From assembly GCA_965242725.1 (NCBI GenBank), contig CBDESZ010000017.1, positions 32,001-96,000 of the forward strand: a stretch of DNA of 64,000 bases, given 5' to 3'. This document shows positions 49,582-61,350 of the stretch, piece by piece. The position numbers and the translations under genes were made by a program. Source of the DNA: Alkalispirochaeta sp. GTDB lineage: Bacteria; Spirochaetota; Spirochaetia; DSM-27196; Alkalispirochaetaceae. A model generated the notes under the pieces. That model did not search any database. It was given only the letters and a program-made list of their open reading frames with translations, and was not told the DNA's origin. Within the stretch, counting starts at the first letter, position 1; every line of letters begins with the position of its first letter.

Positions 49582-51093
49582 TTATATGCCCTTTGCCAGG
49601 TGGTAGTAGAGCTCGTTCCAGCGCAGCTCCTTCCGGAAGGAATCGATTTCCGTTTTTTTCGCCGATATGGAGAAGTTCCACGCCCGCCATCGCCGAGAAA
49701 TCGCGCATGTGGTCGATCGTCACCGCCTGGCTGTACCCCGTATGGTGGGCGCCGCCGGCGTATATCCACGCTGCAGCCGCCGTGGCGAGATCCGGCCTGG
49801 TCTCCCACAGGACCCGGGCAACCGGGAGCTTCGGAAGGTCCGCCGGCGGCTTCACCGCTTCGACGTCGTTCACCACCATTCGAAAGCGGTTGCCCATATC
49901 TACAACGGTGGCGTTGATCGCCGGGCCGGCCTTTCCGGTAAATACAAGGCGTGCGGGATCATCCTTCCCTCCTATTCCAAGAGGATGGACCTCAAGGGAA
50001 ACGGGGCCGTCACTGATGGAAGGACACACCTCAAGCATATGGGAACCCAGTACGAGCGGGCGCTGCGGGTCGAAATGGTACGTATAGTCTTCCATGAAAC
50101 TCGTTCCACCGGGCAGACCGGCGGCCATAACCTTCATGGTCCGGAGGAGAGCTGCAGTTTTCCAGTCTCCTTCGGCACCGAAACCGTATCCGTCCGCCAT
50201 GAGACGCTGGACGGCGATTCCCGGCAGCTGTGTGAGCCCGTGGAGATTTTCAAATGTCGTGGTAAAGGCGTCAAATCCGCCGTCGGTCAGAAATGCGCGC
50301 AACCCCAACTCTATGCGGGCGGCATCACGGACGCGCCGTGCCTGAGTCTCTTCCTTCAGGTCGTCGGCAAATCGATAGAGCTCCTTGTACTCTCCGACCA
50401 GCTTCGTCGTCTCTTCGTCCGACACGGCATCGACAAAACCGGAGTAGATCGCCCACGCCGTATCCATTGACGCTGTAGCCGAATACACGTTGTGCCGCCA
50501 CCTTGTCTCCCTCGGTGACCGCCACCTCCCGCATATTGTCGCCGATCCGGGCGACCTTCAGTTTCTTACCCGCGGCAAAGGCGACGGCCGCCCTCACCCA
50601 TACCGCGATACGGTCCAGAACCGTGGCATCCTTCCAGTGGCCCACCACGACCTTTCGCTCCATGCGGAGGCGACTGCCGATGAAACCGAATTCCCGACCA
50701 CCGTGGGCGGTCTGATTCAGGTTCATGAAATCCATATCAATTGTCTCCCACGGAATGTCGCGGTTGAACTGGGTATGGAGCTGGAGAAGGGGTTTGGTGA
50801 GCTCCGACAGCCCGGTGATCCACATCTTGGCGGGGCTGAATGTGTGCATCCACGCGATGACGCCGGCACAGCGGTCGTCTCCGGACGCTTCACGGAGGGT
50901 TCCCGTTATTTCATCCCTCGTTTTTACCGTTGGGTTTCCAGACTATTTTTACGGGAAGCGACGAGGACCCGTTAAGTCCCGCGACGATCTTCTCCGCGTC
51001 CGAGGCAACCTGTTTGAGTGTTTCCGGTCCGTACAGGTGCTGACTGCCCGTAACGAACCACAGTTCGTACTCATTGAACACTTCACTTTTCAT
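49582..51093 (-). CDS. araA: L-arabinose isomerase, split by three +1 frameshifts (about 502 aa repaired)
   Basis: [65 protein letters not shown]. Confidence 0.93.
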
Positions 51094-51103
51094 AGTTCTT
51101 TCC

Positions 51104-51805
51104 TCACTGTCCGTAGTATGCGTTTGGTCCGTGCTTGCGTTGATAGTGCTTCTGCCTCAGTGAATCGGGAAGACGGGAGGCATCCGGAGCGACGACGGAA
51201 GTAATCGTCGCCATCTTTGCAATTTCCTCAAGAGCAACGGCGTTCTCCACCGCCTTTTCCACCGTCGGCCCCCAGGTAAAAGGCCCGTGGCAGCCGACAA
51301 GGGACCATGGGGACCTCCCGATAGTCCAATCCAAGTGATTGAAAGTGCGCGACGATCTGGTTGCCCGTCTCCACTTCATAATCGTTCTCTATACGTTCCG
51401 CTTCCATGGGCGGTGTACAGGGAATATCCTGGACGGTCTGGTCTGCATGGGTCGTACCGAAGATCGGGATCGCCGCGGAGCGCCTGGGCCCAGCCGACGG
51501 CATAGGTCGAATGAGTGTGGACGATCCCCTCGATCTCCGGAAAGGCGCGGTAGAGAACGGTATGGGTTTTTGTATCGGAGCTCGGCTTCAACCGCCCCTC
51601 TACGACTCGGTTTTCCAGGTCCACCACGACGATATCGTCTTCGGTGAGTTCATCGTAGGAAACGCCGCTCGGTTTAATGGCGACGAGCCCCTCATCCCGG
51701 TCACATCCGCTCACATTTTCCCCAGGTAAGCTTTGCCAGCTTCTGCCGGGGAATTTCCATGTTGGCGCGGTAGACGCGACGTCGCAGTTCCGTGACACTT
51801 CCCAT
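51104..51805 (-). CDS. araD: L-ribulose-5-phosphate 4-epimerase, split by three +1 frameshifts (about 232 aa repaired)
   Basis: [48 protein letters not shown]. Confidence 0.92.
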
Positions 51806-51806
51806 C

Positions 51807-52979
51807 TTATGCAGCCTGTTCCTTCGTCTTGGTGACAACGTCAAAGAAAACTGCCAGGAGCAATACGACACCCTTGATGGCCTGCTGCCAGTCGACGCTG
51901 ACGCCCATAATGGACATACCGTTGTTCAGAACACCCATGACGAGTCCACCGACGATGGCGCCGATAACGGTACCGACACCCCCCGTCGCCGAAGCGCCGC
52001 CGATAAAGCACGACGCGATCGCGTCGAGCTCGAACATCGTCCCCGCTTTCGGCGTTGCCGCATTGAGACGGCCGGCGACGACGAGCCCCGCCAACGCCGC
52101 CATGAGTCCGTTGTTCATATACACGAGGAAGAGTACCCGCTCCGTCTTTACCCCTGAAAGCTTTGCCGCCTTGGCGTTTCCGCCGAGGGCGTACACATGT
52201 CGACCGAAAATCGTGTGCTGGGTGATGAAGGTATAGATCGTCACAAGGAAGAGCAGCAGAATGAGGACGATGGGAATACCGTTGTAATCAGCGAGGCTGA
52301 AGGTGAGGAGGTTGATACCGATGACGATGAATACGATGCGGAACATCTCGATCCACAGCGGCGGGACTTCAAAGCCGTACTTCACCTTGTTCTGTCGCGA
52401 TCTCAGAACGGTAATGATGAAAATCGCCGAGAGGATGAGTCCGAATACGAGGGCGATGGTATTGAAACTGCCGATACGGATTTCCCGACCGGGGAGGTAC
52501 CCCGCGGCGATCGCCTGAAAGCTGCGCTCAAAGGGTGATTTCGTCTGTCCCTTCAGAATCACCATGGTGAGACCGCGCCAGATCAACATACCCCCCAGGG
52601 TTGTTATGAACATCGGTATCTTGAGATAGGCGATGAGATATCCGTGAAAAGCGCCCACGAGCATGCCGATGACCAGGGCGGAAAAGATGGTGATTCCAAC
52701 CGGAACTCCCCAGTCGACCATCATCACCGCCGAGACGGCGCCGACGAAGGCGACAACCGAACCGACGGAGAGATCTATCCGGCCGGTAATGATAACCAGG
52801 AGCATACCGGTGGCGAGGATGAGTACATAGGCGTTCTGCAAAACCAGGTTATTGACGTTCATCGGCCGAAAAAGGATACCGCCGGTCAGTAATTGGAAGA
52901 GCACCATTATCAGAACGAGAGCCATTACCATTCCGTTCTGGCGGATGTTGCTCTTGAAGTAGCTAATCAGTTGGTTCAT
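51807..52979 (-). CDS. gguB: Multiple-monosaccharide ABC permease (GguB/MmsB)
   Basis: [36 protein letters not shown]. Confidence 0.88.
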   Translation of the reverse strand: MNQLISYFKSNIRQNGMVMALVLIMVLFQLLTGGILFRPMNVNNLVLQNAYVLILATGMLLVIITGRIDLSVGSVVAFVGAVSAVMMVDWGVPVGITIFSALVIGMLVGAFHGYLIAYLKIPMFITTLGGMLIWRGLTMVILKGQTKSPFERSFQAIAAGYLPGREIRIGSFNTIALVFGLILSAIFIITVLRSRQNKVKYGFEVPPLWIEMFRIVFIVIGINLLTFSLADYNGIPIVLILLLFLVTIYTFITQHTIFGRHVYALGGNAKAAKLSGVKTERVLFLVYMNNGLMAALAGLVVAGRLNAATPKAGTMFELDAIASCFIGGASATGGVGTVIGAIVGGLVMGVLNNGMSIMGVSVDWQQAIKGVVLLLAVFFDVVTKTKEQAA

Positions 52980-52981
52980 CG

Positions 52982-54527
52982 TTACTCCTTTACCAACGCT
53001 TTTTGATGGTTCATGATGATTTTCATGATGCTTTCGGGAGAGGCTTCGTCCCGTTCAACGACTCCCGCGATCTCGCCGGCGTTAATGACGTAAATGCGGT
53101 CACACATGCCCAGCAGTTCCGGAAGCTCGGAGCTGATCATGAGCACCGCTTTTCCCTCAGCCGCAAGTTCATTGATTATTGTATAGATTTCATATTTGGC
53201 ACCGACATCGATACCGCGGGTCGGTTCGTCCAGCAGCAATACGTCCGGCTCGGACATGAGCCATTTGCTCAGGACCACCTTCTGCTGGTTTCCTCCCGAC
53301 AAGGTCTGAACCACCTGGCCGAGACCACGACTGCGCACGGCGAGACGCTTACGGTACGCTTCGGTCTGCACGATCTCTTCATTGCCGTTGATCACGCCGT
53401 TGTGCGAAACGGTCTTGAGGTTGGCCAGGGAGATATTGTTCTTGATGTCCTGAATGAGTACGAGGCCGTAGGTCTTGCGGTCCTCGCTGAGGTAGGCAAT
53501 TCCGTTTTCAATGGACTGGTCCACCGACTCGAGATTCACTTCCTTGCCGTTCTTGAACACTTTCCCCGAGTGTTTCTGCCCGTAGGCGCGTCCGAAGATA
53601 CTCATGGCGATCTCAGTCCGCCCCGCCCCCATGAGACCGGCGAATCCGACGACTTCACCTCGCCTGAGATGGAAACTGACGCCGTTCACGATTTTCCGCT
53701 GCTCGTGTTCTGGGTGGTATACCGTCCAGTCCTCAACGCGAAAGACCTCTTCTCCGATGACATGATTCCGTTCCGGCCATCGATCGGTGATTTCCCTTCC
53801 CACCATGCTCCGGATAATACGGTCCTCGTGAAAGTCTTCCACCCCCCTCGTCAATGTTTCGATAAAACGACCGTCCCGAATGACGGTGATATGGTCCGCA
53901 ACTTTCTCGACTTCGTTCAGTTTGTGACTGATAAGAATGGAAGTAATGCCCTTCTTCTTCAGTCCGACGAGAAGCTCAAGCAGCTTCTCCGATTCCTCGT
54001 CATTGAGCGCCGCCGTGGGCTCATCAAGGATGAGCAGTTTCACGTCCTTGGAGAGCGCCTTTGCGATCTCCACAAGCTGCTGTTTTCCCACACCGATATT
54101 ACCGACCAGGGTAGTCGGATTCTCAACGAGCCCGACCTGTCTCAAAAGATCCGCGGCGCGGCTCTGCGTTCGGTTCCAGTCGATTTTACCCGATACGGTT
54201 TGCTCGTTCCCGAGAAAAATATTTTCGGCAATTGAAAGATTCGGAACCAGTGCAAGTTCCTGGTGGAATAATGACTATTCCCAATCGCTCGCTGTCCTTG
54301 ATGCCGCGAAAGGAACACTCATTGCCCTCCAGAAAAATCTGTCCCGAATAGGTGCCGTGGGGATATACACCGGACAGGATATTCATAAGCGTCGATTTAC
54401 CGGCGCCGTTTTCCCCGACCAACGCGTGAATCTCATCGTCCTGTACGGTGAGATGCACATCATCCAGCGCTTTTACACCGGAAAACTCCTTCGTGATGCC
54501 TCGCATTTCCAGAATCACGTTTCCCAT
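52982..54527 (-). CDS. gguA: Multiple-monosaccharide ABC ATPase (GguA/MmsA), one +1 frameshift near 54267 (about 514 aa repaired)
   Basis: [16 protein letters not shown] after repair, [26 protein letters not shown]. Confidence 0.88.
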
Positions 54528-54572
54528 TTTTCCGTTCTCCTCGCCCTCTCGTAGTGTACCACGAAGAAGGGC

Positions 54573-54597
54573 CGGCAGGGACACGTCGTCCCTGCCG
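54573..54597 (-). other. Stem-loop between the binding-protein gene and the ATPase (mRNA stabiliser or attenuator)
   Basis: CGGCAGGGAC-acgtc-GTCCCTGCCG, perfect 10-bp stem. Confidence 0.6.
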
Positions 54598-54633
54598 ACC
54601 GAATTAGCATAAGATTATCGGCCGCTGCCGAAA

Positions 54634-55710
54634 TTACATGTCCAGCTGGTCTTTCGTGTAGTAGCCGGTGTCGATCAGCGCCTCTTCCCAGTTGTCGATG
54701 TCTACGGAGACCGGCTCTTCCAGGTAGGAAGGAACGACCTTCACGTTGTTGTCGTAGGTGGTGGTGTCGTTGATTTCCGGCTCTTCGCCCTTTAACACCG
54801 CGTCGACCATGTCGGCTGCGCGGGCGGCGAGGACACGGGTATCCTTGAAGACCGTCTGAGCCTGCTCGCCGGCAAGGATCGACTTCACCGACGGGATTTC
54901 AGCGTCCTGTCCCGTCACGATGGGAAGTTCCTTGGAGGTACCGTATCCGACGCTCTTCAGCGCGGAGAGAATACCGATCGAAAGTCCATCGTAGGGTGAA
55001 AGCACGGCGTCCACGTCGCGGTCGGTGTAGTAGGCGGCGAGGATGTTGTCCATCCGCTGCTGCGCAACTGCGCCGTCCCAGCGAAGGGTCGCGACCTGGT
55101 CAAAATCGGTCTGGCCACTGGGAACATTGAGCTGTCCGTTGTCGATATAAGGCTGAAGCTCGCTCATGGCACCGTCAAAGAAGTAGTAGGCGTTGGTGTC
55201 GTCGGGAGACCCGGCAAAGAGCTCGATATTGAAGGGACCGGCACCGGATTCCAGATCAAGGGCTTCCACGATATATCCGCCCTGCTGCACGCCGACCTGG
55301 AAGTTGTCAAATGTCGCGTAGTAACTGACATGGGGGCTGTTGATGATGAGGCGATCGTAGGAAATGATCTCCACGTCATTTTGCGCCGCCTGTTCAAGAA
55401 CGTTAAAGAGAGCTGCACCGTCGATTGCGGCGATGACCAGCACGTCGGCGCCCTTCACGATCATGTTTTCTATCTGCGAAACCTGTGCGTCGATGTTGTC
55501 TTCAGCGTACTGAAGGTCGACCCGGTAGCCGCGTTCCTCAAGAATCTCTTTCATGTATCCGCCGTCCTGGATCCAGCGCTGTGACGATTGAGTCGGCATC
55601 GCCACACCGACGAGGGGGGCATCACTTTCACCCTGTCCTCCGGCAAATACGGGCATCAGGCTCATGGTAAGCACCATCAATCCGACCAAAACGATTGTGA
55701 ACCTTTTCAT
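54634..55710 (-). CDS. chvE: Sugar-binding protein, ChvE-like
   Basis: [49 protein letters not shown]. Confidence 0.9.
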   Translation of the reverse strand: MKRFTIVLVGLMVLTMSLMPVFAGGQGESDAPLVGVAMPTQSSQRWIQDGGYMKEILEERGYRVDLQYAEDNIDAQVSQIENMIVKGADVLVIAAIDGAALFNVLEQAAQNDVEIISYDRLIINSPHVSYYATFDNFQVGVQQGGYIVEALDLESGAGPFNIELFAGSPDDTNAYYFFDGAMSELQPYIDNGQLNVPSGQTDFDQVATLRWDGAVAQQRMDNILAAYYTDRDVDAVLSPYDGLSIGILSALKSVGYGTSKELPIVTGQDAEIPSVKSILAGEQAQTVFKDTRVLAARAADMVDAVLKGEEPEINDTTTYDNNVKVVPSYLEEPVSVDIDNWEEALIDTGYYTKDQLDM

Positions 55711-55900
55711 CTGAGGTTCCTCCTTATGGGGTTTGTCGATTCGCACGGAAAAGAACACGTTTCGTGCAAAAACGTAATCGTTCCGTTACGATTGTGATTG
55801 TTATGATGGGACCGAATGGAGCTCCTGTCAAGAAAAATCTTTCGTGGCGAACTCACATTCGATCTGCTATGATCGGAGCAGGTTTGCGGGAAGGGATAAG

Positions 55901-56683
55901 ATGTACGCAATAGAACGAACGAGAATCATCAGGCAATACCTTCACGAGAACGGCAGAGCCAGTGTGCACTCCCTCAGCGAACTGCTGGGAGTTTCCGAGG
56001 TGACGGTCCGACGGGACCTGGAGCGACTGGAAGTTGAGGGACTCTTGACCCGGACCCACGGCGGCGCCATGCTGAACTCTGCGGAGTCGATTCCCGTCGC
56101 CATCACCCGCATTGACCTCTCCCGGGATGAAATACGGGAAATCGCCCTGCAGGGTGTACGCATGGTGGATGACGGAGAAATCGTCATGCTGACAAACGGC
56201 GCCATTTGCACCGGTATCGCCGAAGGGCTGGAGTCCCGCTCAAACCTGACGGTCCTTACAAATGACATCGCCATCGCGGGCCAGATGACGGTGCAGCAGG
56301 CCAACCGCGTCGTTCTTCTCGGAGGAGACCTTGATATTCAGGAGCGGTGCGTCTACGGGTCCATGGCGGTGGATAATCTGCGCAGGTTTTTCGTGCAGCG
56401 TCTGTTCATCGAGGTGGACGGAATAAATGAGGACTTTCAGCTCTCCGTGAACAGCCAGTCCAAGGCGGACCTTATCAGGGCTGCCATGGAAGTCTCCACT
56501 GAAACGATCGTGACGTGCCTGCCGGAAAACTTTTCCCACAACTCCTTTTTTCGTCTCGGTCCGGTATCCCTGGCGGACCGGGTCATAACCGGCACGGATA
56601 TCGACGAGTCATACAAAACGGGGATTTTCAATCTGGGGGTGCCCCTCTACACACCGGTAACCCCCTTTGAGGGCAGTACATGA
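55901..56683 (+). CDS. DeoR-family regulator, divergent from the arabinose operon
   Basis: VSEVTVRRDL..LE.EG...RTHGGA, TND. Confidence 0.88.
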   Translation: MYAIERTRIIRQYLHENGRASVHSLSELLGVSEVTVRRDLERLEVEGLLTRTHGGAMLNSAESIPVAITRIDLSRDEIREIALQGVRMVDDGEIVMLTNGAICTGIAEGLESRSNLTVLTNDIAIAGQMTVQQANRVVLLGGDLDIQERCVYGSMAVDNLRRFFVQRLFIEVDGINEDFQLSVNSQSKADLIRAAMEVSTETIVTCLPENFSHNSFFRLGPVSLADRVITGTDIDESYKTGIFNLGVPLYTPVTPFEGST

Positions 56684-58188
56684 GTTTCGATAGTCGATCG
56701 GGTCCTGTCGTCGAGTTGAAAGGAGTGTACAAGCACTTCCCCGATTTCTTTCTCGCCGATATCAACCTCGATCTCTACCCCGGAGAAGCTCACGTCATCG
56801 TCGGAGAAAACGGCTCCGGTAAATCGTCGGTGATGAAGCTTCTCAGCGGCTGGTTTCCCCCCGACAGCGGCACCGTTCTCTTCCGCGGGCAGCCCCTGAA
56901 AATCAAATCCATTCACGACGGTCCGGCGGAAGGCGTCCTGTACATTCACCAGGATGTTCAGTGTTTCGACAATCTGTCCGTCGCGGAGAACGTCTTTTTC
57001 TACAGCCTGCCCCGTCTTCTGAACGTACCTTTTCTCTTTGACCGAAATCGCACGCTCTACAAGTGCGGAAAGGTTTTTTCGGACCTCGGCGTTTCTCTCG
57101 ATCCGGCCACGCCGATGGGACGACTTGGATACGCTGAACGCCAACTGGTCGTTGCGGTCCGGGCGTATGTAACGGCCTCTCCCGTCGTCATTCTCGATGA
57201 ACCGACATCGGCGATGACCGAGCCGGACAGGGAAATCCTCTTTGAGATCGTGGCGCGTCTGAAGGAGGACGGCCGGGGTATTTTCTATATTTCCCACCGC
57301 ATGGATGAAATCCGTCAAATCGGCGATCGCGTATCGGTGATGCAGCGGGGACATATCGTTGGAACCCGGGCATGCGAGGGCATCGACCGGGAAAGTATCG
57401 TACAGATGATGGTCGGTGACGTGGAAAAGAAGGGCTATCCCCGTTTTCGCTCCACCAAAGGACCGATTCTCATGGAAGTGAAGGGAATTTCGTCGCCCCC
57501 CATCCTTCGTGATGTGACCTTCAACGTCCGCCGCCGGGAGATACTCGGCATAACGGGGCTTATGGGTTCGGGCAGAACCCTTCTCGCCCACTGCCTCTTC
57601 GGGATGACCAGACCCGCGGGCGGGACGATCACCATCGACGGCCGGGACGTCGCCATCGGCCATCCCGTGGAGGCGATGAACGCCGGAATTTCTCTCGTCC
57701 CGGAGGACCGGGCGGACAACGGACTCTTTCCCCGCCACAATCTGGTGCACAACTCGACGATCGCCACCCTCAAACGTTTTCGCCATCTCGTTGCCCTGGA
57801 CGGAAAGTACATGTGGGAAATGACCCATGACTTTGCGCGTTCCCTCGATGTGAAACCGGGGCATCCCAACGACGTGGTGGGAAGATACTCCGGCGGAAAC
57901 CAGCAGAAAGTGCTCGTATCCCGCTGGCTCATGAACCGTTCCAAGATCTACATCATGGACGAACCGACCCGGGGAATAGACGTCGCCTCCAAAGTGGACA
58001 TTTATAACGCCATGAACGACCTCGTTCACAAGGGAGCGTCGATCATTCTCATCTCGTCGGAAATTGAAGAGATCCTTGGAATGTGCGACCGAATCCTCGT
58101 CCTTGCGGGAGGGAGAATAACCGCCGAAATGGACCGCACGACGGCAACGAGGGAGCGTATTCTCGCCTCCGCCACCGACGATTCGTGA
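56680..58188 (+). CDS. Orphan CUT2-type sugar ABC ATPase (two NBDs)
   Basis: [40 protein letters not shown]; no adjacent permease. Confidence 0.85.
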   Translation: MSFDSRSGPVVELKGVYKHFPDFFLADINLDLYPGEAHVIVGENGSGKSSVMKLLSGWFPPDSGTVLFRGQPLKIKSIHDGPAEGVLYIHQDVQCFDNLSVAENVFFYSLPRLLNVPFLFDRNRTLYKCGKVFSDLGVSLDPATPMGRLGYAERQLVVAVRAYVTASPVVILDEPTSAMTEPDREILFEIVARLKEDGRGIFYISHRMDEIRQIGDRVSVMQRGHIVGTRACEGIDRESIVQMMVGDVEKKGYPRFRSTKGPILMEVKGISSPPILRDVTFNVRRREILGITGLMGSGRTLLAHCLFGMTRPAGGTITIDGRDVAIGHPVEAMNAGISLVPEDRADNGLFPRHNLVHNSTIATLKRFRHLVALDGKYMWEMTHDFARSLDVKPGHPNDVVGRYSGGNQQKVLVSRWLMNRSKIYIMDEPTRGIDVASKVDIYNAMNDLVHKGASIILISSEIEEILGMCDRILVLAGGRITAEMDRTTATRERILASATDDS

Positions 58189-58266
58189 AAATCAGACGGG
58201 ATGGTTTTTTTCTTTTCTCTAGGGTACAGTTCAAAAGATCCAAATAAACGTAAAACGGAGGCACTC

Positions 58267-60339
58267 ATGCCCAACACCCGCCGAATCCTGCTAACCGGAC
58301 TCTCGCTGCTGTTATTCTTTCTGGGGATCGGATCCGCCATTTTTCTGGTTCAGGGGATCGTCGTAGGAACCGTTGGTGCTGCTGTAGCAGGTACCGTCAT
58401 TCTCGTTGCGATACCGATGCTCACCAAAGAAAAACTCCGTCAGCTTCAATCGGCGACTCATGATTCGGGGCTGAATATCACCGACTTGCGCCGTGCGTCA
58501 ATGGAATCGGAAAATGTCGGCCGCAAACTCGCCGCCCAGGTTGGAGAGACCCTCTCCTCAACCGCACGAATCGCTTCGCAGACCTCCGATGCCCGTGGCC
58601 GCGTCCAGAATCTCTCGGACCAGATCAGCAACGGCGCATCGGCGATGGAGGAAATTCTCGCCGCGGTGGAAAGTCTCTCCCGTCAGATAGAAGAACAACG
58701 CCACGTCGTCGACCAGAGTGCCGCAGCCATAGAAGAGACCTCAGCCTCCATAGACAGCGTCGCCTCGGTGGCGATGGTGAAACGAAACGCCGCCGACACG
58801 CTGCGGGACCTGGCGGACCAGGGAAACAGAACGGTCAAGACGACGGATCAGGCGATCACCGAAGTGGGCGAAAGTGTCGTCGCCGTGAACGCGATGATCG
58901 AGATCATTAACGACATCGCCGCCCGAACCAACCTGCTGGCGATGAACGCAGCCATCGAGGCGGCCCACGCGGGCGCCGCAGGCCGGGGATTCGCCGTTGT
59001 TGCCGGAGAGATACGCAAACTCGCCGAGACGACATCACAGAATGCGGGCCACATTTCCGATCGCCTCCAGGCGCTGGTCTCCCGCATTGACGAGGCGCGT
59101 GCGGCGAGCGGCGAAACAAGCAACGCCTTTTCAAAGCTCGAGGCGGGCGTCGTTGAAGTTTCGGAAGCATTTGCGGAAATCACCGAGAGCACCGGAGAGA
59201 TTTCCGCCGGGACAAAAGAGGTGGTGACGGCGACCGAAACGCTCCGTGATCTCTCCCATCAGATAGTCGGAAGTACCGATGAAATGAAAATCGGCGCCCG
59301 GGAAGTCACCGAGGTCATCACCGCTGCCCGGGATACCGCCCATGCCACCGTGGACGCCATGGAAGTCATCGGAGACGCCGCACGGGACGTCACGGAGGCA
59401 AGCGGCCGGATCTCGACAATCAGCGTTGAAAACAACAACCAGGTTGCAAAAATCCTCAGCGTCGTCGAAAGCGCCGGTGGCCCCGACGACGGCGAGACGA
59501 GGGACGCCCGGGAGCGGCTGTACATATCCAACATCATTCTGAAACACATGGGATGGATAGGCGCCGTTCGGTCGGTCATCGACGCGGGCAGTATCAACGC
59601 TTCGGTCCTGCCCGCGGGATTGTCGGCGGCGGCTATCACCGATCACGACGCATGTCCCGTGGGCGAGTGGCTCGCACTGGAAGGCAAAACGGCGATCGGA
59701 AATCCCGAGACCTATCGCCGCATACGGGAGCTCCACAAAGAGCTCCACGCAAAGGCGGCGGAGATCGTCCGTTCCGTCACCCTGACGGAGCGCAGAAGCG
59801 GTGACTCCGGCGGGAACGGGGAAGCGCAGTTCCAGGAGATTCTCGCGACCTCCCGCACCTTTGTCGAGGCGTTGACCTCCGTTCAGGGCGCTGCGGTCGC
59901 CGTCTGGACACCGGAGTTTGCCGTCAACGTGCAGCAATTCGACGTACATCACAAACGTCTTTTCGCGCTGGTTGATCGACTGTATCGGGTGATGCAGTCA
60001 GGGTCGGACGAAACGATTCTAAAAGAGGTCTTTGACCAGCTCACGGCGTACGCGGGATACCACTTCTCGGCGGAAGAGGCGGCGTTTGAGCATTTCAAAT
60101 ACCCCCAATGCGACGTACACAAGGCTCAGCACGCCGAGCTGGTACGGGAAGTGACGCGGCTGCGGGCGGAGCTTGAAGCGGGTAAACCGATGGTCGCCGT
60201 GGAGGTCATGGAATTCCTGCGCGACTGGCTGACCAAGCATATCAAGGGATGCGACAAACTGTACTCCTCCTTCTTCCGCAATACCGAGGTGGAACACTAC
60301 CTGTCGATGCGGGAAAAGGAAGGAGCACCCGCTTCGTAA
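58267..60339 (+). CDS. Methyl-accepting chemotaxis protein with C-terminal CZB and bacteriohemerythrin domains
   Basis: Two TM helices; [25 protein letters not shown] hairpin; CZB (H..W, C..GEW, H..LH); hemerythrin (D.HH..L, HF..EE, H...H, WL..HI...D). Confidence 0.9.
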   Translation: MPNTRRILLTGLSLLLFFLGIGSAIFLVQGIVVGTVGAAVAGTVILVAIPMLTKEKLRQLQSATHDSGLNITDLRRASMESENVGRKLAAQVGETLSSTARIASQTSDARGRVQNLSDQISNGASAMEEILAAVESLSRQIEEQRHVVDQSAAAIEETSASIDSVASVAMVKRNAADTLRDLADQGNRTVKTTDQAITEVGESVVAVNAMIEIINDIAARTNLLAMNAAIEAAHAGAAGRGFAVVAGEIRKLAETTSQNAGHISDRLQALVSRIDEARAASGETSNAFSKLEAGVVEVSEAFAEITESTGEISAGTKEVVTATETLRDLSHQIVGSTDEMKIGAREVTEVITAARDTAHATVDAMEVIGDAARDVTEASGRISTISVENNNQVAKILSVVESAGGPDDGETRDARERLYISNIILKHMGWIGAVRSVIDAGSINASVLPAGLSAAAITDHDACPVGEWLALEGKTAIGNPETYRRIRELHKELHAKAAEIVRSVTLTERRSGDSGGNGEAQFQEILATSRTFVEALTSVQGAAVAVWTPEFAVNVQQFDVHHKRLFALVDRLYRVMQSGSDETILKEVFDQLTAYAGYHFSAEEAAFEHFKYPQCDVHKAQHAELVREVTRLRAELEAGKPMVAVEVMEFLRDWLTKHIKGCDKLYSSFFRNTEVEHYLSMREKEGAPAS

Positions 60340-60346
60340 CGGTCCG

Positions 60347-61288
60347 ATGACGATCACCGCGATCACCCTCGTCATCCTCTCGGCCTTCGTACACGCCGGG
60401 TGGAACGTGCTCGGGAAGCGAAGCGGCGCCGATGTAGCCTTCTATCTCGTGGCCGCCGCATTCAGCTTCCTGGTCATGGTTCCACTTGTCGCACTGTGGC
60501 GCTCCACACTTCTTCATCTGCCCGGCGGAATGTGGTGGTACCTCGTCCCGACGGGATTCTTCCAGGGCGTATATTTCATCGGCCTCGCCGGAGCGTACCG
60601 AAAGGGAGAACTGGCGGCAGCCTATCCCGTGATACGGGCAGTTCCGGTCCTGATCGTACCGTTTGTAACCATGCTCTTCGGTATCGGTTCCTCGCCGTCC
60701 GCCCTCGCCTGGGCGGGCATTATCGCCGTCATATCGGGTCTCACGCTCCACGCCCGCCCTGCGGAATGGAAAGGCCAGACTCTTCCCGCCGGATCCCGTG
60801 GGAATCGCTGGTTCGGCTGGGCCCTTCTCGCGGGGACGGGCACCGCGGGATACTCCCTCGTCGATGACATGGCGTTACGCCTTGCCCGGCAGACCGTGGT
60901 CAACTCCGACGGGGTGTTCACTGCGTCCGCCGCACTTACGGTTCACGCTCCCCTGCTCTATGCCGCGTTTCAGGCGTTGTCTACCGTTGTTTTTCTCGGT
61001 CTGTGGAGTATCGGCACGCGGGGGGTCCGAACGGTGGCGAGGGATGTGCGAAAAACTCCCCTCATTTCCACCGCGGCCACCGGCATTGCGGTGATTCTCG
61101 CATACGCTCTCGTGCTGATCGCATACGGGTATGCCGACAACGTCGGACACGTCGTCGCGTTCCGCCAGGTCAATCTGCCCATCGGCGCGGTTCTCTCTAT
61201 TACGGTCCTGAGGGAACGACCTTCACCGATTCGCGTTGTCGGGACGATTGTTGTCGTGACGGGTCTCGTTGCCGTCGCCCTGGGATGA
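60347..61288 (+). CDS. EamA/DMT-family membrane transporter
   Basis: SAF.HA.WN, AY..GE...AYP..R, Y.L.D, LRE; about 10 TM helices. Confidence 0.85.
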   Translation: MTITAITLVILSAFVHAGWNVLGKRSGADVAFYLVAAAFSFLVMVPLVALWRSTLLHLPGGMWWYLVPTGFFQGVYFIGLAGAYRKGELAAAYPVIRAVPVLIVPFVTMLFGIGSSPSALAWAGIIAVISGLTLHARPAEWKGQTLPAGSRGNRWFGWALLAGTGTAGYSLVDDMALRLARQTVVNSDGVFTASAALTVHAPLLYAAFQALSTVVFLGLWSIGTRGVRTVARDVRKTPLISTAATGIAVILAYALVLIAYGYADNVGHVVAFRQVNLPIGAVLSITVLRERPSPIRVVGTIVVVTGLVAVALG

Positions 61289-61350
61289 TTCATGGGAAGA
61301 GACAACGGGGCCGGTAGGCGGGAGGAATGCAGACCATTACACTATGAGAC

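Noticed and set aside
47771..54527. Pseudogenisation or programmed frameshifting of the kinase, araA, araD and gguA
   Set aside because: All breaks are single-base insertions in short homopolymers across unrelated genes on both strands, with no nonsense mutations. Sequencing error is the simpler explanation.
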